A model generated the notes under the pieces. It saw nothing but the letters and a program-made list of their open reading frames with translations. It was not told where the DNA came from and searched no databases. Positions 1-12,772 of a stretch of 64,000 nt of DNA are shown piece by piece (positions within the stretch are counted from its first letter, which is position 1; the number at the start of each line of letters is the position of its first letter). Source of the DNA: Vermamoeba vermiformis (taxonomy: Eukaryota). Location of the stretch: NCBI GenBank assembly GCA_045837725.1, contig JBEWZL010000145.1, forward strand, positions 186,001 to 250,000, given 5' to 3'. Position numbers and translations under genes: made by a program.

Positions 1-410
1 AACAATATTCAAAATATTCGTTGCAACTGACCAATATCAGCGGCAATTTTAGCAGCCTCTTCGGGGGTTGCGGCCACAGCACCGCGAGGTACATTGATGC
101 CAAAGCTGCGCATTAAATTTTGAGCTTGATATTCGTGGACGTTCAAGCGACGGATTTGTATCCTGTTGTCAAAGGGGCTTTTTGTCTAAAAATCAAAATA
201 ATTAGCATTAAAATTAATTATTAACATGTAGCATGCCTTATTCATCAACAAGCTTGGACGAGCAGAGAAGATATTGTTAGAAACGCTGGTCAACTTTTGC
301 GATGTGGTATTTTCAGATCGAGGTTTGCGAGCCACCAAAGAGGTAAAGCTTCTCTTAGGGACGGCATTGACCACTTTGCAAGCCTTGGATAAGAGTGTTC
401 GAGCAAGCAT
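1..410 (-). CDS. Succinyl-CoA ligase beta subunit, mitochondrial (5' part; runs off window)
   Basis: ATG at 410, presequence-like exon 1, intron 236-186 (GC-AG), exon 2 reads RRLNVHEYQAQNLMRSFGINVPRGAVAATPEEA, the SCS-beta N-terminus; ADP vs GDP specificity not resolvable. Confidence 0.9.
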
Positions 411-767
411 GGTGGAGTACTGTGAGATAGTTGAAAACAAAATAAAAAAATGTCCGTTCGAAAATCAATCAAGATTGAGCCTCAACGTGCGGTGAAGTCG
501 CTTATGAATGCACTAATAACAACGAGCATGATATTAATTTACGTTGCTAAAATAATGCGACGCTAAGCAGCGAACAGAAAGCGGCACTTAGAAGCCAATT
601 GCGTCTAGACGACCGTTTCCGAAAGAACCCCTTCTCTACAATAGTATAGATACCTCTGTTAACTATTTATTGTTTAGAAATGTCATAGGTATTTTCTGTT
701 GTGTAATTCTGCGTGTGCAAAAAAAGAAAGTTGAGAGTTGTCCGGTGCATTTTTATGCGAACAGACG

Positions 768-3558
768 ATGGAAAAGCCAGAGAAGGGCACGAATAATAAT
801 AATTCGTCCTCTTCACGAATTAAATTTAACGACGAGAATGATGCGGATCTGTCTTCCCCGTACAAAAAGGCGCAAATGAGTTTGAATACTCATCTGTCCT
901 TTCATTTAGAGCCCAAGCCAAGTCCATTATTATTTACATCGTCGTATAAACAAGTATATTTGGACGAAGCTAACAAAGAGCTCGTGATTATCAAGGATGA
1001 TAATACCATACTTCGACAGCCAACAGATCAACCAGACAAAAAGCCAGAAAATTATGGGTAGGTTATTCACATCGTATAATATAATATTCGTCATTATTTG
1101 ATATTGGCTGTATTGCAATAATTTTTTAAAGTGAAGAAATTAAATTTGACTGTTTTTTCAATAATATTGTGTACATACGATTACTGATTTTATTATTAGC
1201 ATCAATACTATAGGAATCAGGTCTGCAAAATTCTCGCCAGACCACAAGTATTTATCAATCCAAAAGAATGACACCGAGATCGTATCCAAATAACTCTATT
1301 TTATCAATGTCTATGCTTTGTACATTTGCGATTTTGTTCCTTAACCTAACGATAATAGGAATTCATTAATTTGAAGCACATGTCAACGATAAAACAAAGC
1401 TGCAAGACCTCAACGCGATCACCAAACAAGATCTTAGATTTTTATTGGGCTAATGCTTCAAACTTCTTTTATGTGACTCAACAAGGCGTAGAATTATATA
1501 AGGTACGAGATCATATCACTATCATACCTTACTAATACTCTCGCAGTTTTACCCATTGAAATTGATTAAAGAGTTCAAACACGCAGTCAATTGGTTTGTC
1601 TATTCAGTAAGGCCATCAATCGCATATAATGAATCCATACTAATCTATTTATAGCCTCATTTGCGAATATTGCTCACGACCTCGGGACCAAAATCGAGTC
1701 TGTTGCAAGGGTATCATTTCACTTTGCGACCGAACAATGTCATCAAACTGCCGCAGTTTTTCATTGACCTCGCTCCCAATGATGGTGGTGCCGTTAAGCC
1801 ACACGAGATAGCTATAGCACAATTGTGAGTTCGACAGAAATGCTTCTTTGACGCGTGACACTGACATGCATTTACACAGGTACTCACGCGTGTACTGCAT
1901 TCACATCTACAACAAGAAGCAAGAGCTCGTGTTGTATCACTTGACCAAGGACAATGTCATCAAAAAGCTGGGCATTGATTTGCACACCAATGGCACTGTG
2001 TTCGTGCATGTGATTGATAATTTGCTGATCACGCACAATGTGGAACAAAAGGTATGTCTTTTATTCATTAATTGAGGTCATTTATTGAGCATTTCAATAG
2101 GTCTCGATGCTGTTCGATATCAAAGCCAAGAATGCACAAGAAGAATTCATCGCCTTTCCCCTCGCTGCCCCGTTGCCTCTGAGTCCATTCCCGAACTTGA
2201 CAGGCGAGGTTAAGGGCAATAACAGCAGTAGTTCTAGCTACGATGGCACTGCTGACCTTTGTAAGTGATTTGCCAATGCGTAGTTCACAAGCTAACATTG
2301 TTTAGATCCGCGAGAATGGAGTTATCACATTCCTTCGCTGATACTAGATCGACGATCACACTGTCTGTGGCAGTTAGATGTCAATTATCCCGCACTGTGC
2401 GTCAGTGTTGGCAACAGAATTAAACTGGTCACGTTCTTGTTGCGCCGATCAAACACGAAACAACTGCTCCTCAATGTCATTCAGGCCGCACTCGAGGTAC
2501 GTGTTACTACATTTGTAGTGGCTGTGCTAATTATTACAACAGGAACGAGAAGCTCTTCACATCCTCTCATCAGTGTTTGACATGCTCAATTCAGTACTCG
2601 CAGCTTATGCGCAAGAGTCAAAAACTAACACTAACGTACCCAACGGAACTGCACCACCGAGCCTGCCAAAACAAGGCTCTGACACGCCAAATTTAGAAAA
2701 ATCTCCCGCCGTGGACAAGCGATCGTTGCAAGGGTCAGGAGGCCATCTGGTTTTAGAAAGTAATAGCGACTTGACGTCTAAACGCACGGAGAGATTTTGG
2801 AACAAATTTGTGAGCAGCATTGGAGTGCTCAACAACAATAACAGCAATAGCGACAGTAACAACTTGATTTCACCCCGAAGTGACGAACAAAATGGCCACG
2901 CTGATCACAACGCCCCAGCGAGGACATGGGACGGATATTTGGTGATTGATCAAGAAGACATTTATACGCAAGTGTTTGTGCCTGTCGAAGAGAAGGGAGT
3001 AAGTGCTACTTTTGTATTTGTTGGGCCGTATTAACGTGCTCTTAGGTCCTCGATTTCAAATTCCTCGTTGCAGTCGTGGTCGAATACATTCGCAGCCTCA
3101 ACTTCCATCAGCTCTCAGTGCACTCGTATCTCTACGAGCTCGTCATCAACCTGCTCATCCGCAACAATCGCTACTATCAACTGCATCAGTTCTTGCAGTA
3201 CCACGTCGTCACTGACTCGATGCACGTCGCATGTCAGTTGCTGTCTCTTGAAACTATCTACCCGCCAGCCCATCAACTCGCCCTGGACATGTTGAAGCGA
3301 TTGAAAGCACACGATCAAATTCTCGAAGTGTTTTTGACCCAAGGCAACATCTTCCAAGCACTCAAATTCCTCAAAAGTCACGGCAACATCAAGGTGTCAC
3401 CGTTGCGGTTCTTAGAGCTCGCTGAAAAACTGAAAGACGACAGTACATTCTACACAGTCTATCAGTTCTTTGACGAGCGAAACATGATTGATTTGAAGAC
3501 CTGCGACAAATACGTGCGACTGTTCAAATCAAAATTCCCTGGCGAAGTTAAATTGTAA
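768..3558 (+). CDS. RMC1: Regulator of MON1-CCZ1 complex (RMC1/C18orf8/Mic1), multi-exon
   Basis: N-terminal VYLDEANKELV; C-terminal Mic1-like YYQLHQFLQYHVVTDSMHVACQLLSLETIYPPAHQLALDMLKRL. Confidence 0.85.
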
Positions 3559-3609
3559 ACACTCCAAACCAATGTAAATAAATCAAATGCGTGTTGTGTT
3601 TATTTCACC

Positions 3610-4876
3610 TCATGACTCGCTGCCACTTTGTTCTGAAACCTCTTCGCTCACACTTTCTTCGCTGTGCTGTGTTCCGTTGCTCATTGTAACAGTAGTCTTT
3701 TTAGTGGTCTTCTTCTTAGCCGTACGGGAGTTGTATTTACGCTTCATCTTTGCAGCAATGTCTTTCTCCCAGGCCTTCTTCAAGTGTTTGTACAACAATA
3801 GTGCAGCACGTGCGTCTTCATCAGGCTCGTGCTCGCCAGATTGAATTTCAATGCCCAAAATAGTCTTCATGAGATATCTTAGCGCGTGAGGCTTGCCTTT
3901 AGTTCGTTGCAAAGGTCTGTATTTAGCAGTGTCGCGACACAAGTGCCACGGGTGACTCAGCATCAATGCTCTAAAGTCGTTCAACAGTGAATGTCCGACC
4001 ACAATCTTTCCGTCAATAATTGCTGAAACTTCTTTCTGTACAACTTCGAATGGGAAGGCTGCAGCGACAACGGTGAGAAATAAATCATAAACTAGCACTC
4101 GAGTCAAACGTACCATTCGGGCCCCTCAAGTCAGCAGGTCGCACACCAGACCACTTCGTTCTATAGTCCACAACAGGGTCCTTAGGATTGGGTCGCACAA
4201 ATTTGTCGTAAATGACATTGCCGTAACTGTTCACGATACACACACGCGCCAGAGCACTTTCTTGTCCGTTAATTCCAACACCAACCATTTCACAATCGAG
4301 TGCCAAGTATTTAGTAACACTACGAATATTATTAGGTCCTATTCAAAAGCCGGATCTGTTGCATCATTAACTTACTCGGTGCTCGCGTTGACAGGTCCGG
4401 GCATTTTCTTTATTTCAAACTTCTTTTGTTGAGCTAATTGTTCTTTCTCTTCCTTTTCATACTCAGATATCTTAATAACTTCGAATTTTTCGCTGGAAGG
4501 TTGGTATTTTTGGACTTTTTTCTTCTTCGACTTGGGGATCTGATCCTGAATCCCGAACGAAAATCAGATTTTTTGTTCCCAAGCAAGCGTATAAATATAT
4601 TAATATTTTTCGCATTGGTTTTACCTTTAATTTATCCCAATTTGAATTTGGAAGAACGATCTTGGTTTTTTTGGTGGATTCGGTTGTTTTCTTTTCAGTT
4701 TCGGTTGCTGCTACCGTCTTAGCTTTTTTAACATTCTTTTTTCCGTCGGTTTCATTCTCTTCGCGTTTGCGCTTTTCTCCTAGATCACGATCTCGATCAG
4801 CTTTCTGAAACATATAATCGGTAAGAGAAAAATACTAACCTGCTTTCGGCATTTTAGGCTTTATGCTCGCAGACAT
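3610..4876 (-). CDS. REXO4: RNA exonuclease 4 (DEDDh)
   Basis: [43 protein letters not shown] motifs; Lys-rich N-terminus with NWDKLK. Confidence 0.9.
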
Positions 4877-5048
4877 GTTGTTGCTCTTTCAAGACGGCCG
4901 TTCAGAATGGCAGATATTTCAATTTTTTTGTTCTTATTCGACGGTGTTGATCCAGAACACACTGACCCTTTGTATAATATAATTTATCTATGTTGTATTT
5001 ATTTATCTAGCAAGTAGTGCCATAATACAATTGATATCGCAATAGGCG

Positions 5049-8000
5049 ATGCTATCACAACTACCACCTTCGAGGAGGCCAGTCTATGCTGACAATGGTT
5101 CAAATCAACCCTCAATATTGCAATTAATATCGAGACTAGCAATTAAATTGGGTAGTCAACGATTAGAGACAGATCCAAAGCACAATAATGAAAAAATTCA
5201 AATAATTTATCAAAAATTACTCGATAAAAGGGTAAGCGTAAAATCACTCGAGTATATTGATGGAGAGTTCGGTTCCATTATTTCCATCAGAAAATATTAT
5301 TTAAATAAATGGCGCCATTTTCAAATTTCTTTTTTCCAGAGCAAGCCACGGTCCTCTGAGGCAGTAAAAGCAGATAATATGCGCACTAGACTTGCCCTAG
5401 AATTTGATTTTCGATCCAATGGCCTCTATGACCATTCCAATGCCCTCAGTTTGCTTTTGGATCACTTCAAGAGGTATGCACGATAGTGCTATCGGTCACG
5501 TGTTAACAGTAGCTCAGATGTAAATATATTCCATCGACATACAATAGACGAGTCAATGCACCATTAAGCGAACACGATGCTATTATAACATGTCTCCTCT
5601 CTCTGCGACAAGTAGATCTGTCAGCACATGTTCCACAGCTCTCAGAGTACGTACAAATGTATTTATTTGTATTTCTAACACGCGTTGTAGTTATTCGATA
5701 AGTCTGCTGAAGAAAACAGCGCAATATAATCGTGAGCTGTTGAGCTATCCAAAGGACGTGTATTTGTTCGGCGAGACTAAGATCGACAAGTACTTGCCAC
5801 TCAGCGAGTCAAACATCACGATATTTCACGATGATGTGTTTGAGCTCGATAGCGACACCGAGGATGACATGCAACAACCAACAGCAACAGATGAACGCGA
5901 GAAAGATTTGATGAATATGCTCACTCAGTTTGATCAAACACCGCGTAAGTTCTTCTGACCACCGAATATAATATGGAACTAATGAACGTAGTCATTGACG
6001 AAACACTGTTAATGGAACACGATCCAATAGTGCAACAACGATTGCTGGAGACTGAAACAAGTCTCTATGGCTCGCTTGTCAACCCTCGAGGTATTTCTCA
6101 TGTGTTACGTGTCTTAGCTTGTATTAACATGACATAGCCCCCATGCACACAATCGAAGTTAAGCTGTCCATCCCTGAACTCCCAGAGCTCCCCGATGACA
6201 TGAGCAAGTTCTCGCTATTCACGCGTGAAGTTGAGCTCGCGTCAGAATTCACTTCGTTAGCGAACATGCACAAAGAACTGGATTTGAGCAAATTTATGAC
6301 AAATGAACCTGACACTAGACCTGCCTCTGATGACGCGTTGGAGACATTTGATGCCGATCATGACACATTGCACGACCTCTGGCTGCAGTCACTGAACAGA
6401 GAAAGCACGAAGGTACGTCGAACAATTGCAAAGAGTTAATATACTGACCGATACAGCTTGCCGCGAGGTCATGGGACGGAAGCTGCACGACAGACAAATC
6501 GGCTTTAAAAAAGAATTTGTTGTCTTTCGATGCCAGTGACATCAAGCTGAAGATACGTGAGGACTGTCTCACTGACCCTGTGCTCAACAGAACCATGGCA
6601 CATTACCAACACAATGTGGAGTATGTTCGACATGAGTATATTAGATTACAAAATTAATCGATTGACAGACACAAAATCAAAGTGTCCAACTTGCCCGTAG
6701 CATTGGATGGACTTCCCTCGCTCGTTGATGACGTATTAAACTCCCTGAAAAAGAAGATTCCAGTAAATGAGCTCACAACAGTGTTACAAAGTGTCACGTG
6801 GTCACTGCTACGCGAAGAGTTGATTCAAATCGATCTACTCGTCAATGTGATCCAACAGTTCATTGACCAGATATTGGGTGGGCCTTTGGAAACGCACAAC
6901 GAAGCGGCTATCTTAGACCTGTCAAAGAGAGACGTGGTGCCTGAAAGTGAGGAGAGTGACATCTCTGATAACGATGCGGGGGACAGCGATGATGACGAAT
7001 TTTACGAGAACTATTATGCTCAGTTGGACGCTGATGAAGAAACAGCAGCGATGAACGAGTTCCCTAAGACACCTGTCAAATCTCACACGTCACGGCAAGA
7101 CCCATACAACTACAGCTTCTTCACGCACATGTCACTCAAAGATCAACTTGGACATTTGATGGAACACGATCGCTCGATGATTGAGCGTGCCTTCGCCGTC
7201 ACACTCGAAGAGATTGTGCAAACAATTCGCGCGACTGTTTTGAACCTGCCTGAGAGTGTTGACTTGACACCATTGTCGCAACACATCCCAGCCACCGAAA
7301 CTAGCCTAGAGCCCTCATTGGATGCACTCAAGCACGTGTGGCAAGACCCTTGGCCTTTGGAGCTTCTACCTCCTGTACATATTGTAAATACTGCCGATAG
7401 ACACACCTCTCCACAAGTGCCACAAGTCCTGCATGCACAACTGATGCAACGTCTTCAGCTCCTCCGCGACCAATCACGTGTCATTGCTAGCCTATGCACC
7501 TCTAGTCCAGTGTACCTCTCGGCTAAGTCTACTAACGACATCGATGCAGCTATTGAAGAGCCAGAGACACCTCGTGCCAGTGAACGAGGACCTCGACTGT
7601 TGAGTTATTTGTACGACCAATCTCAACAAGCTGATGACTACGGCTTCAGTCACCTTATATTCAAAAGAACATTCGGACCGTATTGCAAGATGATTGAAGA
7701 GTGGCTGTGCCACGGCAAATGTTGGTCCGATTACTTCGCGGAGTTTTTCATCGTCAAAGCAAAGCACAAGCCTGCACGCAATGCTGAGTATTGGACCAAA
7801 GCTTTTACGGTATGGCGCATATGTTTTGGGTCCACAATGATTAACAAGCATCAGAAACGAGAGGAACTGCTGCCAGTGTTTATGAAGGACTTTGAAGACT
7901 TGATTTACAAGACTGGCTTGGTAGTGAACATGTTCAAAGACATTCAGAGTCGCAATCACTCTCGCTCTGCTGTCCCTACACTACCCAAACATTTAGACCT

Positions 8001-9233
8001 GGCCAACAAGTTCCTGGTGCTAGATCAGTAAGTGACACTGGTTTATTCTGCGTATACTTTGGCTCATCTCGTTGCAGATTCAACGCGCACTTGACAGGTG
8101 AGTCGGTAATCGCATCTCTCATCGGCACTGAGGCCCCGTCACCTGCACTCGTACCACTAGACATGCTGTTGCGTGAGTCATTTGGCCAAATCATTGCAGA
8201 TCATCACAAACTCGTCAATCGATTGCACTTGGACAGCTTGACAAATGACATGCAAATGCGTCAACACTTCGCGTCACTCAAGTTCTATTATTTCGGCTAC
8301 TTCGTGGAACTGTTCTATCATAATCTCAACTCCGAGATGAACGAAAGAACCATGCGCACGCATGGCAGTATTGAAGCCATTATGACTTCTATTCGTGTCA
8401 TGTTCAAGCGCCGTAAGCTGGAGCAACTATTCAATGTGGCAGTGGACAGATCACTCGGCCAAGCCACTACCAGTGATCCAGATGTGTTGACGAGCCTGAG
8501 TGCCGATCAACTGTGCTTCATGCCGCAAGGAGACTACGCACAACCGACTTCAAATGACATCTTTGGCACGTGTCAGCTGAGTTACATGTGTCCGTGGCCG
8601 TTGAATGTCATCGTCAACCAAGATGCCCTGCACAAGTACCACCGAGTATTTGTGCTATTGTTCAAGTTGAAACGAGCAGCACGTAGTCTGAATGAGATCT
8701 GGTCTGCTTTCCAACACCCCTCGCGAAAGCGCAAAGCAATGTCACAACACTCGTTGTCCATTGAACTCATGCGTCAAGAGATGTACCACTTTGTCGTCAC
8801 GCTGCAGAACTACTTGACCAATCAGATCAGCGATGTGAGCTGGAACGAGTTTCAACAAAATCTGCAAAGAGTGGAGTCCTTCGAAGACGTGATTGAGGTG
8901 CACACCAAGTACATCGATGCTGTCATCACACGGTGCATGTTGAATGACCCCGCCAAGCCCATTCAAGTCACATTGGATCGTATCCTAGCAGCCATTCACT
9001 TATTCTACGAACAAGTCGATCAGTACCTCAAAACTGAAGTGCAGTCCAAGCAAGATCCAAACACTAACCTGCTCGTCAGCATTCAATCCACTAAGCTCGA
9101 GTTTCGTCAGTGTGCCAAGTTCTTGTTCACTATTGTCAGTGCCCTGTCGAGCAAGGGCTACAAATACGACTTGACAGATCTGCTCGTCAATTTGAATTAC
9201 AACTTGCACTACGATAAACTGACAATAAAATAA
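5049..9233 (+). CDS. Gamma-tubulin complex component (Spc97/98 family, GCP6-like), multi-exon
   Basis: GRIP2-type C-terminus: LSYMCPWPLNVIV..KYHRVF, EMYHFVVTLQNYLTNQI, DLLVNLNYNLHY; GCP6 vs GCP5 is my judgement. Confidence 0.8.
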
Positions 9234-9301
9234 CTGTAATTATCATCGTAAATAAGCACTCGCGCATCTACAAAAACAACTTTTTACATGGGGATCTGAG
9301 A

Positions 9302-10685
9302 CTACTCAGTATCAACTTCTTTTTTACAAACCGGACAGACGTGGTTCATGGCCAGCCATTTGTCCACACACGCTGCGTGAAAAGCGTGGAAACAGGGCAG
9401 AGTCTTGACTTTGTCTCCCGTCTCAAAATCATCAAGACAGATACTGCACTGTGATTGTGCACTGTTCTTGACATTCTCTTTGTTATATACAGATACGGGC
9501 AGCAAATGGATGTTTTTTGCTGCGACTTTGACGGGCTCGAGATTGACCAACGACTGAACACGAAGTTAGTTTGGTGCAAAGGAGCTAATAAAGCACGTAC
9601 CTCATAACTCATGTGTCCGACAGGTGAGTGGTGGTGATGACGGTGCCCGTGGTGATGGTGCAGTCCTCGGCGACCAAATGAAATTGAAGGTGAATGTGAA
9701 TTGAGATTTAAAAAGCTGTAGTCGTCGTGCACTGGTGACACGAATCGCGGTGCATTTAACAGTCGTCGTGAATGTGTTGAGTAGCCAGACATGTCATTGT
9801 GCACCATTTGATCCTCTTGCTCTTGCAACATGCGTGCAAATTCTTCGTCAGTCATTTCAGTGCCTGGCTGCGGACTAGACCTAGGTTGTGGTTGTGGTGC
9901 TCTGACAAAGTGGTCGTTCAGCTCCAGGTCTTGCTCCAGCAGTCGCCGTGCTAATTGTTCACTTTTGCGCTCATCTTCTTCTCGTTTGCGCTGTACCTTT
10001 TCCTCTTCGCTGAGCAGTGCGTGTGCTGCACGAGCAGAGCGCGGACTAAACAACGAGAGCGGCTCTTCATCGTCTATGTGAATCAGCTCGTCGTTCACGG
10101 TGCGGGGCAACAAGAAGTGTCGCTCTCCATTGTTGTTCAGTCCGATCCGTCGAGGGCGCGGTCTAGTGGCTGCAATGCGCGGGTCAGGTGAGGGCAGATC
10201 TGGATCTTCAACCAAATCTACCACTGTGGGCTCGTTGTCTGGGTCATCACTCTCCTCATCATATGATCCACCTCTGCGCGTAGATTCGCTGCGTGACTCT
10301 TCATCAGGGTAATCAGGCTCCGAGTTGTAGCTCTTCTCTTCTGACACACGCGACAGATCGTAGTCCGAACTGCTCTCGTCCTCATCATAATGGAACGTAT
10401 TAATACGTCCACTGCGTCCATTGTGATGCGAGTAGTCATTGGTCCGTCTACGCTTCGGCGCGTGATCTGAAGCGAAGATCGAAATTAATAATTAATTTTC
10501 AATATGTTTTGTTATTATTGGCCTAAATATTGTGATGCTTGCTTGAATTAATATGGATTAAATAACCATCAAAAGAAATTTTTCAATTTTCTTGCCAACA
10601 AGAATATTTTGTCAGCAGGTGATGACAAACACTTACTCTCCTCGGAGGACTCCTCTACGCTAATATGTCTTCGTTTAGGAGGCAT
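9302..10685 (-). CDS. RING-H2 E3 ubiquitin ligase with UIM-like helices and His-rich tract
   Basis: CSICLDDF..LPCFHAFHAACVDKWL..CPVC; TDEEFARMLQEQE and SEQLARRLLEQD; ATG 10685 then gtaagt intron. Confidence 0.85.
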
Positions 10686-11192
10686 TGATCAAGCAACAAT
10701 TTATCAAATATTATAGAACGAGCCGTGGGGCCTGATGCAGTACTAGAAAGGCAATTTCGTCAATCACACGGTCTCTATCACTAAGATAGTGTTCTATGTG
10801 TTTGTGTTACGAAGTGATTTTGAATGTTAAGCAACGTTCAAAACCAAACGCGGGAATTTAGCTTTGCATCTGGCCACGTGCCAATTATTTTGCGCGCACT
10901 TACCGAATGACACGACTATAGGAGAAGAGAAGAGAGCTGCACAAACAAGCTCATCACTTATCATTTAATTGAGTTGCCTATATAAAGGTAGAGCTTGTTT
11001 ACGCTGAAGCTTCGAATAAAGTTCAGATCCGATCCGAAAAACTGGACAGAAAAAATACAAAATTTATTTGTTGAATGTAGCTAGCTTAAAACAGTTATTT
11101 GCTCTTTTAGTTTAATTTTTATAATTATTTATTACTCGCTTTTCGGAATTAAAAGCTAAATACCGAAAAATGCTCACGTATTATTTCAGATA

Positions 11193-12644
11193 ATGGACGC
11201 ACAAACACAGCCAAGTGTAGATGTAAAGCCAACAGAATCAAAAACACTAATATTAGACAACGGCAGTCATCAACTGCGCGTAGGATTCAAAGACAGCGCT
11301 GCACCGTTGCGCATTGCACCGAACTGTGCAGTTAAAACCAAGAACAATAAGCACCGCCTCATTGGTGAGGAGATCGAACAGTTTGTCGGAGATCTGTCCG
11401 GCCTCGTGTATCGCAGGCCATTTGACAAGGGCTATTTGATCAACTGGGACTTGCAAAAAGAGATCTGGGACTTTGAACACGCGCAGAAACGCATCAATGA
11501 GAAGATAGAACCGAGCAGCACCAAACTGTTGATGACAGAGCCGCTGTTCACTCCTGACATTCTCGCCAAGATCAGCGATCAAGTGCTGTTCGAGGAGTAC
11601 GGCTTTGAGTCCGTGTTGACAGCGTCAGCCCCTGGACTCAGTTGGCTGCACCATCAATCCACGCAGAAATCACCCAGTCCGTGTGGCTTGGTAGTAGATG
11701 TCGGTTACTCATTCACACATGTCGTGCCGTTCTATGACAACCACTTGATCAATTATGGTGTCAAACGCATCAACGTTGGAGGCAAATTACTGACCAATTA
11801 CTTGAAAGAAATCATTTCTTATCGGTACTGTTCACCTGCATATCATACTAATTACCACTAACACTCGTGCTAGATACTACAATATGATGGAAGAAACATT
11901 TTTGATCAATATCATCAAAGAGAAGCTGTGTTATGTGTCGCAAAACTTTTTGCAAGACTTGGCATCAACAAAAAGGCAAGCGGATCCGCTTTCAACAAAC
12001 TGTGAGCGTAATATCTAATCCATCGCATAGGAGAGACAACAAAATTAGACGCGAGTACGTGCTGCCAGACTACGCACTGAACAAATACGGCTATATTAAA
12101 GGCGAAGAATCACCACCTGCTGGCTATGATCCGAAAGACGAACAAGTACGTTATTAATCACGCGTAGTTGCGCTGAGACTAACGGTCCGCAACAGATATT
12201 GGTGATGAACAACGAACGTATCACAGTCCCTGAAATATTGTTTAATCCAAGTGACATTGGCATTTATCAAGCTGGTGTGCCTGAGACCATTGTGCAGTCA
12301 GTCGAAAGTCTGCACCGAGACATGCACCCAGCCATGTACAGTAACATTGTGCTCATGGGTGGTTGCACGCAGTTCAAAGGCTTTAAAGAACGCCTTGAAA
12401 AAGAGTTGCGCGCACTCGTCCCTGCTGAGTACCCGATTAACATCACAATGCCTGACAAGTAAGACAACTTTTAATACCATAACAATGTATTAGTTATTAA
12501 CTTCGTTTCAGTCCTACACTCGCTGCATGGGAAGGAGGCAAACTGTTGGCTAATCAACCAGATTTTGACAAACGAGCAGTGACCAAAGCTGAGTACTCCG
12601 AATATGGTCACGTAATTTGCAAGCGAAAGTTTGGTTTGCTTTAA
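11193..12644 (+). CDS. ARP6: Actin-related protein 6 (SWR1 complex)
   Basis: [68 protein letters not shown]; an upstream exon is possible. Confidence 0.92.
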
Positions 12645-12772
12645 TTGTAATAATAAATCAAGAATTGATGCGAACAGAGAGTTCTGGTTTATTTGTACAT
12701 GAATTGAGTCGCGGAGACGAAATTCGGAAAAACTAATTTTACATGGAAGTGTGTTGTTGGTGAAACACCTTA

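Noticed and set aside
10943-11001. 10-bp inverted repeat AAACAAGCTC/GAGCTTGTTT with a minus-strand GTGATGA
   Set aside because: No matching D box at a suitable distance; a single hairpin in a promoter region is weak evidence
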